Source: Maribacter sp.
GTDB taxonomy: Bacteria > Bacteroidota > Bacteroidia > Flavobacteriales > Flavobacteriaceae
Length of the DNA stretch: 64,000 nucleotides
Direction: 5' to 3'
Assembly (NCBI GenBank): GCA_002749285.1
Contig: PDPR01000011.1
Coordinates: 66,800-130,799 of the forward strand
Shown: in pieces, positions 50,873-60,229 of the stretch
Layout of the letters: each line of letters opens with the position of its first letter
How positions within the stretch are numbered: the first letter of the stretch is position 1
Translations under genes and position numbers: made by a program
Notes under the pieces: model-generated
Databases searched by the model: none
The model's input: the letters and a program-made list of their open reading frames with translations, nothing else
Told to the model about the DNA's origin: nothing

Positions 50873-52738
50873 ATGAAAAATTTCTTTTCAAATTTCAAAG
50901 GTGATCTTTTAGGAGGGGTTACCGCAGGGATAGTTGCCCTACCCTTGGCCTTGGCATTTGGGGTAAGTTCCGGTCTAGGCCCCAGTGCGGGACTCTATGG
51001 GGCTATTTTTATAAGCTTTTTTGCAGCGCTTTTTGGAGGCACCAATACGCAGATATCAGGCCCTACCGCCCCAATGACCGCTGTTAGTATGGTGGTCATT
51101 GCCGGAATTATCGCCACTTATGACGGAAGTGTGGAAAAAGCCCTTCCGGCCATCTTAACCATTTTTCTCCTTGCCGGTCTAATGCAAATAGGTCTGGGAT
51201 TCCTGGGAATAGGAAAGTATATCAGATATATACCCTACCCCGTTGTCTCGGGTTTTATGACCGCCATTGGCCTTATTATCCTGATTACACAGATTTTACC
51301 TGTCTTAGGGTATTATCCCAAAGAGGATGAATCATGGGTAGAACCCTTTAAGCCACAAGCCGAGGAATTGATTCTCGAGAACATACTTAGGGAAGAGGCA
51401 GCAGAGGGCATCTTGGTATTGGAAGACTTTAAGGAAACCATTGCCCGTTCCCATGAAGTAACCGATAAGACCATTCTCGAAGAGGCCAAGACCTTAGCGG
51501 CCAAAAATGCGTCCGGCGTTATCGGTGCATTAAAGGTGTTTCCCAATGCATTAAAGAATATCAACTGGCTGGAACTTGGTCTTGCCCTAGCCACCATTTT
51601 CATTATTTTTGGGTTTAAGCGCATAACCACCGCCGTCCCCAGCACCTTGGTGGCATTACTATTGGTTTCGGGAGTCGCCTATGGCCTAGGACTTGAATAT
51701 AGGACCATAGAAAAGATTCCCGAAGGGTTTCCCATGCCCAATCTTGAAATTTTCACAGCATTCGAGATCGGGGCCATATCACCCTATATTTTTACTGCTT
51801 TGACCTTGGCCTTGTTAGGGGCAATCGACTCCCTATTGACTTCCGTAGTGGCAGACAATATGACCAAGACCAAACATCAACCAAACAAGGAACTGGTAGG
51901 ACAGGGAATCGGAAATACGATAGCAGCCATATTTGGTGGTATACCAGGGGCAGGTGCAACGATCCGTACCGTGGTAAATATCAATTCCGGAGGTAAGACC
52001 AAACTCTCAGGGATGATAGCCGGTATATTATTATTGGTCATTTTACTTGTAATGGGACCCATAGCTTCCCAAATCCCAGCTGCTGTCCTTGCCGGTATCC
52101 TTATAACCGTGGGAATCTCGGTGATGGATTACAAGGGACTCAAAGCTATTCCCAACCTTCCAAAAGACATTAAACTAGGCCCCTTAAAACTAAGCTCGGA
52201 AGTTATGGTGATGCTTGTTGTCCTAGTACTGTCAACCGTATGGAATCTGGTTTATGCCGTAGGTATAGGCTTGATCATCGCCTCTTTGATGTTCATGAAA
52301 AAAATCGGGGACCTTACCGGGGAACGATCGGATGTCAAGTCCTTGGACGAGGAAAAAGAATGGTCGGATGAAGCAATCTTTCCAAAAGAACTTAAGGAGG
52401 AGGTCTTCATCAAACACATTAAAGGGCCCTTGTTCTTTGGTACAACCAGCGATTTCCAGATACTTGCGAACCAAATCCCCAAAACAGCCTCATATGCCAT
52501 TATCCGTTTAGATCGAATGCAATACATAGACCAATCCGGGCTATATGCCATAGAGGATGTCCTTCAGGAATTGAACAAAAACAATGTAACGGTTCTCTTT
52601 ACAGATTTACAAAGACAGCCCAGATATATGATGGAACGTATTGATATCATTCCTGATTTCATTCCGGAAGAGCATATTTTCGAAGATTTTGACCACTGTA
52701 CCCATTGGATCAAAAACAATGTAAAAGACGAGTATTAG
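50873..52738 (+). CDS. SulP family transporter (BicA-like, probable bicarbonate) with STAS domain
   Basis: ALPLALAFG, QISGPTAPM, GAGATIRT, GPLFFG, IDQSG; downstream of can. Confidence 0.9.
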   Translation: MKNFFSNFKGDLLGGVTAGIVALPLALAFGVSSGLGPSAGLYGAIFISFFAALFGGTNTQISGPTAPMTAVSMVVIAGIIATYDGSVEKALPAILTIFLLAGLMQIGLGFLGIGKYIRYIPYPVVSGFMTAIGLIILITQILPVLGYYPKEDESWVEPFKPQAEELILENILREEAAEGILVLEDFKETIARSHEVTDKTILEEAKTLAAKNASGVIGALKVFPNALKNINWLELGLALATIFIIFGFKRITTAVPSTLVALLLVSGVAYGLGLEYRTIEKIPEGFPMPNLEIFTAFEIGAISPYIFTALTLALLGAIDSLLTSVVADNMTKTKHQPNKELVGQGIGNTIAAIFGGIPGAGATIRTVVNINSGGKTKLSGMIAGILLLVILLVMGPIASQIPAAVLAGILITVGISVMDYKGLKAIPNLPKDIKLGPLKLSSEVMVMLVVLVLSTVWNLVYAVGIGLIIASLMFMKKIGDLTGERSDVKSLDEEKEWSDEAIFPKELKEEVFIKHIKGPLFFGTTSDFQILANQIPKTASYAIIRLDRMQYIDQSGLYAIEDVLQELNKNNVTVLFTDLQRQPRYMMERIDIIPDFIPEEHIFEDFDHCTHWIKNNVKDEY

Positions 52739-52752
52739 GACACCCTGATACC

Positions 52753-52795
52753 CCAATAAGACCGTGCTTTCAATAAAGGCACGGTTTTTTATTGG
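52753..52795 (+). terminator. intrinsic terminator after sulP
   Basis: ACCGTGCTTT-caat-AAAGGCACGGTTTTTT. Confidence 0.75.
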
Positions 52796-52851
52796 ATTAA
52801 TTTCCCCTCCTCTTCGTAGAATATTTTAAATTTGTCCCTCACTTGGATACC

Positions 52852-53871
52852 ATGATCGATAAAATAAAGGAACATATTACAGAAGTCGAAAAATTCGATG
52901 CGGACACCGTGGAGGCTATCGAAGCTTTCCGTATTGCGTATTTAGGCAAAAAAGGATTGCTAAATGGGTTTTTCGCAGAGTTTAAGAATATACCCAATGA
53001 CCAAAAGAAAGCATTTGGCCAAGCCATTAATACACTAAAAACAGCGGCCAATGAAAAAGTCAACTCGCTCAAGGAGGCCTTGGACAACCAAACCGAGGAA
53101 GTTGGCAAATATGGTGATCTGACCAGACCCGGGGAAGCTATGGCCCTAGGGGCAAGACATCCTATCTCCATTGTGAAAAACCATATTATCGATATTTTTT
53201 CAAGAATCGGGTTCAATGTATCGGAAGGTCCCGAGATTGAGGATGACTGGCATAACTTTACAGCTTTGAACCTTCCCGAATACCATCCTGCCAGGGACAT
53301 GCAGGACACCTTCTTTATACAGACCGATCCCGATATCCTATTGCGTACCCATACCTCATCCGTACAAGTACGTTATATGGAAAACAACAAGCCCCCTATC
53401 AGAACGATATCGCCAGGAAGGGTTTATCGCAACGAGGCCATTTCTGCCCGTTCACATTGCTTTTTCCATCAAGTTGAAGGGCTTTATATCGACAAGGATG
53501 TTTCATTCGCCGACTTAAAGCAAACCTTACAGATCTTTACTACGGAGCTTTTTGGAAAATCAGAGATCAGGTTGCGCCCTTCCTATTTCCCATTTACCGA
53601 ACCAAGTGCCGAGGTCGATGTTTATTGGGGCCTAAAGACCGAATCGGACCATAAGATCACAAAAGGCACAGGCTGGCTGGAAATCGGTGGCTGTGGCATG
53701 GTCGACCCAAATGTTTTGGTGAACTGTGGTATTGATCCTGAAACATATTCTGGTTTCGCATTCGGTGTTGGTATTGATCGTATTGCCATGCTGCTACATC
53801 AAATTACCGATATTCGATTATTGAGTGGGAATGATGTCCGTTTCTTAGGCCAATTCAAAAGCACCCTTTAA
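52852..53871 (+). CDS. pheS: phenylalanine--tRNA ligase alpha subunit
   Basis: HPARDMQDTF, LRTHTS, FHQVEG, YFPFTEPS, GFAFG.G.DR; TAAATTTG box at 52827-52834. Confidence 0.97.
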   Translation: MIDKIKEHITEVEKFDADTVEAIEAFRIAYLGKKGLLNGFFAEFKNIPNDQKKAFGQAINTLKTAANEKVNSLKEALDNQTEEVGKYGDLTRPGEAMALGARHPISIVKNHIIDIFSRIGFNVSEGPEIEDDWHNFTALNLPEYHPARDMQDTFFIQTDPDILLRTHTSSVQVRYMENNKPPIRTISPGRVYRNEAISARSHCFFHQVEGLYIDKDVSFADLKQTLQIFTTELFGKSEIRLRPSYFPFTEPSAEVDVYWGLKTESDHKITKGTGWLEIGGCGMVDPNVLVNCGIDPETYSGFAFGVGIDRIAMLLHQITDIRLLSGNDVRFLGQFKSTL

Positions 53872-53881
53872 TTCCTCCCTT

Positions 53882-54277
53882 TTGAAAAAGGATATAGAAA
53901 TACCCATTGTCAAGGACGTATATATCGCGCTCACACAGGAATGGAACGATGATTTCCTGGAAAAGAAATGGAATGCCCACATCATAAACGACCGGGACAC
54001 CCCCATTGATATGGTCCTTGTTGTCTCAAAAGGATATGATGAAAATCGGGAAACCTCGACAATGAGACATTCCATTGCCATAATGGCCACAAAATCATAC
54101 GCCAAAATAGAACTCGTACAAGATGATGTCATCGAATTGGACAATGAGTTTTTTGTCACTTTTTTTGCCGATGGCAAATTATACGAAAGAAAATTCATTT
54201 TTAGTAAAAATTCCATTACCGAAGAGAATCTGGTCGACATCCCCCTTATCCACAAACCGGGTATATTGGCCAAATAG
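53882..54277 (+). CDS. conserved hypothetical protein
   Basis: MKKDIEIP..W...IN..VLVVSKGY..TSTMRH; TTG start. Confidence 0.75.
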   Translation: MKKDIEIPIVKDVYIALTQEWNDDFLEKKWNAHIINDRDTPIDMVLVVSKGYDENRETSTMRHSIAIMATKSYAKIELVQDDVIELDNEFFVTFFADGKLYERKFIFSKNSITEENLVDIPLIHKPGILAK

Positions 54278-54383
54278 ACAGTATCCTAACCTGGTCCATT
54301 TGGAATCTATCCTGATCGGCCGACAAATCCAAAATTGTAAAAGGGTAGGACTGAATGGGGGGAAGTAACGTACAAAAAAACCA

Positions 54384-54851
54384 CTACCATTCAGTAAAAG
54401 GGTTCTTGCCCAACTGTGGATTATAATACCTCATATCACCTGTCACTTCCTCCCCAAGCCATTCTGGCCGTTCAAAAACGTCTTTTTCATCTTCCAATTC
54501 AATTTCAGCAATGGTCAACCCTTCATTGGCTCCATGAAATTCATCCACTTCGAACAGATACTTCCCATTTGGGACCTCATATCTTGTCTTATCGATTACC
54601 AAAGGCTCACAAAGTTGAAGTAAATCCTCCGCTTCCCCAACCTTAATACGGGTTTCCCATTCAAATCTTGTCGTACCTGTTGCATTGGAAATACCCTTAA
54701 CGGTCAAGAAACCCCCATCTACCTTTATCCGTAAACGTACAATCCGTTCGGGATGGGTATTGATGAATCCCTGTATTATCCTATTTTGGGAGATAGCCCC
54801 TTGTCGATAGGAATCGTCCTTAACCAAATATTTACGTTCTATTTCCATCAT
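54384..54851 (-). CDS. CYTH domain protein
   Basis: EIERKYLV, K.RY, EVDEF, AEIEL, WLGEEVTGD. Confidence 0.92.
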   Translation of the reverse strand: MMEIERKYLVKDDSYRQGAISQNRIIQGFINTHPERIVRLRIKVDGGFLTVKGISNATGTTRFEWETRIKVGEAEDLLQLCEPLVIDKTRYEVPNGKYLFEVDEFHGANEGLTIAEIELEDEKDVFERPEWLGEEVTGDMRYYNPQLGKNPFTEW

Positions 54852-54890
54852 AATCAAAAAATCCTGAACTAAAAGTATATAAATGAAAGC

Positions 54891-54921
54891 AAGAATCCCC
54901 ATAAATAATATGGGGATTCTT
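54891..54921. terminator. hairpin terminator after the MFS gene
   Basis: AAGAATCCCCATA-aataa-TATGGGGATTCTT. Confidence 0.75.
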
Positions 54922-54948
54922 AAATTATAAAAACGATCCTATCTTAAT

Positions 54949-56112
54949 CTAGGCCTTTTCTACCTTCTGTTTTGCAATAAATGGTATGGTCAGCATATAT
55001 ACAAAACATAGTACAAGTACAACAAGGCTACCTATGATTCCCAAGGTTGAGGTTACAAAGCCCATTATTGGTGGAATTACCGCCCCTCCCACAATAGCCA
55101 TTATCAATAGGCCGGATATTTCATTGGATCTGGATGGCATTTTATCTATTGCAATGGAAAAAACCAATGGGAAAAGATTACCGGCACCAAGACCTACAAT
55201 GAAAATAGCGATATAAGCCATCATTTCGGTCATAGAGAACATAATCATCAGTACTCCTAAAATGGCCAGGACAGTGGTGGTCACCAAAAAGAACACAGGC
55301 TTTAAAAACTGTAATAAAATAGCCCCTACAAACCTACTGATCATCAGTGCCGTAAAATAAACACTAATACCGTAAGAGGCATTTTCCAAGGTAAGGCCAT
55401 GAAGTTTCATCAAAAATCCTTGAATATTCGAATTCATTCCCACATCGGCACCGACGATAAGGAAAATAGCGATGACCATTGTAAGTACAAATTTATTGGT
55501 CAATAATTTCATACAGGAGCTGAAGGTAGCCGGCACGTCCGATTTTATTTCCTCTTCGATCTTCGTGGAGGAAAGCCAAAGTAGGTTTACGACCGAAATA
55601 ATCGCATAGACCACAAATACCAAGGCCCAATTCCCATATGCAATTGCCAAATAAGTGGCGATAATCGGGCCTGTTAAAGACGTAATCGCCTTTATAAACT
55701 GTGAAAGGCTTAAAAAACTGGATAGTTTATTTTTTGGGGTAACCTCCTGTAACAAAGGATTTGCGGCTACCTGTACAATGGTATTCCCGATTCCGATAAA
55801 CACAAAGGCGACCAACACCACTTCAAAAGAATAATAAGCGATAGGAATCAGTAAGCCTACGATTGTAGTGATGATTCCAAGATTCATCATTTTCTTTTTG
55901 CCGATCTTATCCTGAAGTACCCCAACAGGAATCGAAAAGACAAAAAACCATATAAACACCATGGATGGGAGAAATTGTGCCATTGAATCGGAAAGACCAA
56001 AATCTTTCTGGACATATCCGGTTGAAACACCTACGATATCGACAAACCCCATGATTATAAATGTCAGGAATACCGGGAATAACTTATTGAATTGAATTTT
56101 ATTGGAAGTCAT
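54949..56112 (-). CDS. MFS sugar transporter (FucP/GluP-like)
   Basis: 12 TM pattern; QVAANPL, GLLIMAIVGGAVIP. Confidence 0.88.
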   Translation of the reverse strand: MTSNKIQFNKLFPVFLTFIIMGFVDIVGVSTGYVQKDFGLSDSMAQFLPSMVFIWFFVFSIPVGVLQDKIGKKKMMNLGIITTIVGLLIPIAYYSFEVVLVAFVFIGIGNTIVQVAANPLLQEVTPKNKLSSFLSLSQFIKAITSLTGPIIATYLAIAYGNWALVFVVYAIISVVNLLWLSSTKIEEEIKSDVPATFSSCMKLLTNKFVLTMVIAIFLIVGADVGMNSNIQGFLMKLHGLTLENASYGISVYFTALMISRFVGAILLQFLKPVFFLVTTTVLAILGVLMIMFSMTEMMAYIAIFIVGLGAGNLFPLVFSIAIDKMPSRSNEISGLLIMAIVGGAVIPPIMGFVTSTLGIIGSLVVLVLCFVYMLTIPFIAKQKVEKA

Positions 56113-56123
56113 AATATTATAAT

Positions 56124-57053
56124 TTAAATTTCAGGAAGTTCATTTTTCACCATGTTCCAAAAGTCGTTCACAAAAAGTTTGGCACTACCGATTATGGCGG
56201 CATCTTCCATCAATGGCGACACCTCAAACCCCAATTGTAATCCCTTCTTTTGTAAATCACTTTTCAGTTTGGGCAGGAAAAGGTCACTGGCCTTTGAGAT
56301 GTTTCCTCCCATAACTATAATCTCTGCTTGGAACTTTTTAAGAAAAGGCGCCATGAATTCTGCCATATTAGCCCCGAATTCATTGAAAACCATTCTTGAA
56401 TCATCTGTATCCACCGCCGCAATATCCTTTACCCCTTTTATACGTTCTGATGTTATCTCATAATACCGTTCAATACACCAACGCGTTGAGAAATAGTCAT
56501 CACTTATCCCTTTTTTATAAGGTTTGTCCCACAGACAACCGTCTTGGGGAACATCATCCGAATTCACTTGGGGAATACCATTGTTGATGAAGGCGGAACC
56601 AAAACCTGTTCCCAAGGTCACTACAACAACCTTTTGGCATTCTTTTGCCTTTCCCTGGGTCGAGACCCCGACACCAAAAGCCGTGGCATCGTTCAAAAAC
56701 CTGAGGTTCGCTTTTCCACTATCGATGAACTTGGGCAGTTCTTCGGGTATTGAAATATTGTGAAGATTTTCATACTTGTCATTTTCCCCCTCGAACAAGG
56801 CCATCCCTGTCCTGTAATTGAACGGACCCGGCATTGCAAACCCGATATTCGCCGTGGTTTGCATTGAAACACTCCCAATAGTGCCGTTAATGGCTTTGCT
56901 CCAGTCCTTCAAAATGACATCCTTAGGTGCCTTATTATCTATTTTTGCGGAAAACGTCGTGTTTTCAAGAATTCCAAACGTTCTTAAATCAACAGCCGCA
57001 CTCGTAATATGGCTTCCCCCAATATCTACTCCAATTGCTATCTGATCAGTCAT
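56124..57053 (-). CDS. ROK family sugar kinase
   Basis: GVDIGGSH, AMPGPF, NDA, TLGTGFGS, GGNI, AAIIG. Confidence 0.9.
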   Translation of the reverse strand: MTDQIAIGVDIGGSHITSAAVDLRTFGILENTTFSAKIDNKAPKDVILKDWSKAINGTIGSVSMQTTANIGFAMPGPFNYRTGMALFEGENDKYENLHNISIPEELPKFIDSGKANLRFLNDATAFGVGVSTQGKAKECQKVVVVTLGTGFGSAFINNGIPQVNSDDVPQDGCLWDKPYKKGISDDYFSTRWCIERYYEITSERIKGVKDIAAVDTDDSRMVFNEFGANMAEFMAPFLKKFQAEIIVMGGNISKASDLFLPKLKSDLQKKGLQLGFEVSPLMEDAAIIGSAKLFVNDFWNMVKNELPEI

Positions 57054-57081
57054 ATAAAATTTATTTAAGTTCTCTTTTTAA

Positions 57082-57356
57082 AATGAACTACCTCGACGCA
57101 GAGCGTACAAGGTATCAAAACAAACGTAATTGATTCCCGTGAACCTTTTTGTATTTCGACTCATTTATTCCTTGATTTTGTGAATATTTCCTTATTACTT
57201 CTGCCAAAACATCTCTCCTATATTTGATAGGAAAAACAAAATGGTACAATAGCAAACTTTCATTATGGCTCTTAAAAATATGTTCGCCCATATTTTCAAA
57301 AATAAATATCTTTACGCTACACCCGACGCTCTGCGCCAGGGAATCCCATTGGTTAA
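57082..57356 (-). mobile_element. internally deleted IS200/IS605-family element
   Basis: Subterminal hairpins CCTCGACGCAGAGCGTACAAGG and CCCGACGCTCTGCGCCAGGG flank a tnpA remnant. Confidence 0.8.
57115..57291 (-). pseudogene. tnpA: 58-aa in-frame N/C-terminal fusion of IS200 TnpA (Y1 transposase)
   Basis: MGEHIFKSHNESLLLYHFVFPIKYRRDVL-AEVIRKYSQNQGINESKYKKVHGNQLRLF; YH.VF..KYRR and YxxxQ retained, HUH core absent. Confidence 0.8.
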
Positions 57357-57366
57357 AATAATCACT

Positions 57367-57720
57367 TTACCCCAGACTTGTCCTAAAACCGAAAATTGGA
57401 TCATCCCCTCCCAAAAAAGTATCTACCAATGACCTTGACTCCCCTTCCGGTTTTAAAAAGACACTGATATTTTGAATCGATGTAGTCAGGCCCATTTTTT
57501 GAAATGCCGCATTCAATAAAGCAACTACCTTATCCCAATCAACACCTATATAACCATCCAAAACCAGCGTATCTGTCTTGGCCAATTCCATGGCCAGGGT
57601 AACATGCCCTATCCTTATCGTTCCACTTTCAAGAGGAAACGAGGGATAGATGTTATGGGACAGGTCATCTTGTTTTCCTCTTCCTACAGGAACCAAAAAT
57701 AGGGATGTCCTTCTTCTCAT
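57367..57720 (-). pseudogene. N-terminal fragment of a Bacteroidetes class I mannose-6-phosphate-isomerase-like protein
   Basis: YPSF..VLDGYIGVDW..FLGGDDPIFG N-terminal motifs recalled from the long family; ends next to the IS200 remnant; ROK and MFS genes downstream. Confidence 0.6.
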
Positions 57721-57769
57721 AACACCTGTTTATGGATAAGGAACATACAAATGTAAAATTAATATCTCC

Positions 57770-57785
57770 ATATGTCCATACATAT
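57770..57785. promoter_or_regulatory. inverted repeat ATATGT-N4-ACATAT, candidate GntR-type operator of the sugar operon
   Basis: Lies about 15 nt upstream of a minus-strand TACATTTG box (57748-57755). Confidence 0.4.
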
Positions 57786-57828
57786 TAAATTTATCGACAA
57801 AATATTCCCTCCTTTACTTGAATAAAGT

Positions 57829-58488
57829 TTATTGTCGTTGGGCTATCCCTTGAATGGTATCGGACGGTACCCTATTCCCTTCAAGATCATTATTGGCCAA
57901 CCAAACCATCGCTTTTGCAATGGCTCCAGGATCAATCGTCCTGTATTTTTTCAAGAATCCGGCCATTAATGGACTGGCGACCTTCATCAATTGTTTAAAA
58001 ATCCATTCACCAACCCTCCTTTCCTTGCGTTTGCCCCCTATCAATGAAGGTTGTAGGATGTAGGTCCTGGGAATATTCGCTTGCAGGACCGCTTCTTCCA
58101 TTTGACCCTTGATCCTATTATAGAAAATAGAGCTGTTCACATTCGCCCCTAATGCCGAGATGACGATAAAGGTGTTTATTCCGTTCGCTTTTGAGAGCAA
58201 CGCTGCACTTTTGGGAATGCCAAAGTCTATTTTTTATAGGATTCCTTATTGGGGGTCTTCGCTTTTGTCGTCCCCGATACAGCAAAACACCTCATCGCCC
58301 TTGAAATCATCCCCATAGTCCTCCAGATTGGTCATATCACTAGGATATTCCTGTATTTTAGGATTCGTTATGCCAACAGAACTCCTAGAGAACAGCTTTA
58401 TATTGGTATACCTGGGGTCATTCAACAAGAGTTCCAACAACCTGCCCCCTGTCAGTCCTGTTGCCCCTAGGATTATTGCTGTCTTCAC
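57829..58488 (-). pseudogene. NAD(P)-binding atypical SDR (YraR/TIP30-like), split by a +1 frameshift
   Basis: GATGLTG N-terminus; FCCIG/TTKAKTP..IDFGIP continues in another frame across a C4 run at 58272-58275; could be a sequencing error. Confidence 0.75.
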
Positions 58489-58527
58489 GATTACTGAATT
58501 ACTTGAAAGTTATTATAAATTTACAAT

Positions 58528-59628
58528 ATGAAAACGGATTTCCACTTACGGAAAATCATACATGTGGATATGGATGCCTTCTACGCATCGGTTGAGGAAA
58601 TGGACAATCCCGATTTAATGGGAAAGCCCTTGGCCGTTGGGGGCAATGAAAAAAGAGGAGTGGTTTCCGCCGCCAATTATGAGGCTCGAAAATTTGGTGT
58701 GCACAGTGCCATGAGCGGGTATTTGGCAAAGAGGAATTGCCCGCACCTCACTTTTGTAAAGCCACGTTTCGCCCGATACAAGGAAATATCAGGGCAGATA
58801 CGCAAAATATTTTTCGACTATACCGACTTGGTGGAGCCCCTTTCTTTGGATGAGGCCTATTTGGATGTTACCACCAACAAAAAAGGGAATCCCTCGGCAA
58901 CCCTAATAGCCCAAGAGATCCGGAAGCGCATTCTTGATGAAGTAGGGCTAAAAGCCTCGGCCGGGATCTCGATAAACAAGTTCATTGCCAAGATCGCAAG
59001 TGATTTCAATAAACCTAATGGACAGAAGACCGTAAACCCTGAGGAAGTACTCCAATTTTTGGAAGATCTGGAAATCCGGAAATTTTATGGCGTGGGCAAG
59101 GTCACCGCCGAGAAAATGTACACGCTAGGTATCTTCACAGGGAAGGACCTAAAGCAAAAACCTCTTGATTTTCTGGAAAAGCATTTTGGGAAAAGCGGTT
59201 CCCATTATTTTCATGTTGTCAGGGGCATCCATAACAGTGAAGTAAAGCCACATCGAATTCCCAAATCAGTCGGGGCAGAACGCACTTTCAGTGAAAACCT
59301 GAGTAGCGAGGTCTTTATGCTCGAACGTTTGGGCCATATTGCGAAAGAACTGGAAAAACGACTGAAAAAATCAAAAATAGCGGGTAAGACGATTACCTTA
59401 AAAATCAAGTATAGCGATTTTACATTACAAACACGTAGTAAGACCCTTCCCTATTTTATAACCGATAAGTCGCTTATCCTAGAAACCGCCAAAGAATTGC
59501 TCTACCAGGAAAGAATGGAAAACTCGGTACGTTTATTGGGTATTTCCCTTACCAACCTAAATACCGGCAAAAATAAGGCCGAGACCAAAAAAGACTCGGT
59601 CTTGGTACAGTTACAGTTCGACTTTTGA
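58528..59628 (+). CDS. dinB: DNA polymerase IV
   Basis: HVDMDAFYASVE, YEARKFGV.SAM, SLDEAYLD, KIASD..KPNG, VRLLG. Confidence 0.96.
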   Translation: MKTDFHLRKIIHVDMDAFYASVEEMDNPDLMGKPLAVGGNEKRGVVSAANYEARKFGVHSAMSGYLAKRNCPHLTFVKPRFARYKEISGQIRKIFFDYTDLVEPLSLDEAYLDVTTNKKGNPSATLIAQEIRKRILDEVGLKASAGISINKFIAKIASDFNKPNGQKTVNPEEVLQFLEDLEIRKFYGVGKVTAEKMYTLGIFTGKDLKQKPLDFLEKHFGKSGSHYFHVVRGIHNSEVKPHRIPKSVGAERTFSENLSSEVFMLERLGHIAKELEKRLKKSKIAGKTITLKIKYSDFTLQTRSKTLPYFITDKSLILETAKELLYQERMENSVRLLGISLTNLNTGKNKAETKKDSVLVQLQFDF

Positions 59629-59729
59629 CCTCGACCCAAGGGTACGGGGCATGGTTCCGAAACAACTTTTATCATTTCGGGGCAGGCCCCGGGGAATCAA
59701 GCCCTTTTTGGCTATCGCACTGCGATCAA
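59628..59729 (+). repeat. ~105-bp dispersed triple-hairpin repeat, copy 3
   Basis: ACCTCGACCCAAGGGTACGGGGCAT...TTTCGGGGCAGGCCCCGGGGAATC...ATCGCACTGCGATCAA. Confidence 0.9.
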
Positions 59730-60229
59730 AGTCCGTCACCTGAACCCCCATCCCTTTTTTTATCAAACTCGGACCGGTACCTTTCCAAAAACCTGCGCTG
59801 CATATTTTCCATTTGTTCACGAACACGGTCTATCTCCATAAAGTCCTGACCAAAATCACTATCAAAAAAATCATCGTTGAAAAACTGTTTGGCAAACAAT
59901 GAATCATTGGAAAACAGCTCAGGGAATCCTTCATCGTCAAAATTTGAAAAACCATTATAAAACCTGGACTGCATTGAACTTAAAATACTGTCCCTATCCA
60001 TGGTGGCCATTTTATCAAGGTCGGTACCCGAAGACCATGAATAAATCGAGTCGTATCGGATTAGGTTCCCGTCCTCATCAAACTCCCTATTGACTTTCCA
60101 GCTACCTTTAGGGGCCTCGGCAATCCGGGCCTTATCCCCATCTTGGGAACTGTCCTTGTTTTTCTTCTCCTGGCTATTGCAGCTTAATGTTAAAAAGGCA
60201 GAAACAACCAATAGTACATACTTTTTCAT
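59726..60229 (-). CDS. hypothetical lipoprotein
   Basis: Lipobox TLSC; PKGSWKVNREFDEDGNLIRYDSIYSWS; F/D-rich tail. Confidence 0.8.
   Translation of the reverse strand: MKKYVLLVVSAFLTLSCNSQEKKNKDSSQDGDKARIAEAPKGSWKVNREFDEDGNLIRYDSIYSWSSGTDLDKMATMDRDSILSSMQSRFYNGFSNFDDEGFPELFSNDSLFAKQFFNDDFFDSDFGQDFMEIDRVREQMENMQRRFLERYRSEFDKKRDGGSGDGL

Noticed and set aside
58489-58545. SOS box upstream of dinB
   Set aside because: No GGA-N5-TCC or CTGT-N8-ACAG match seen
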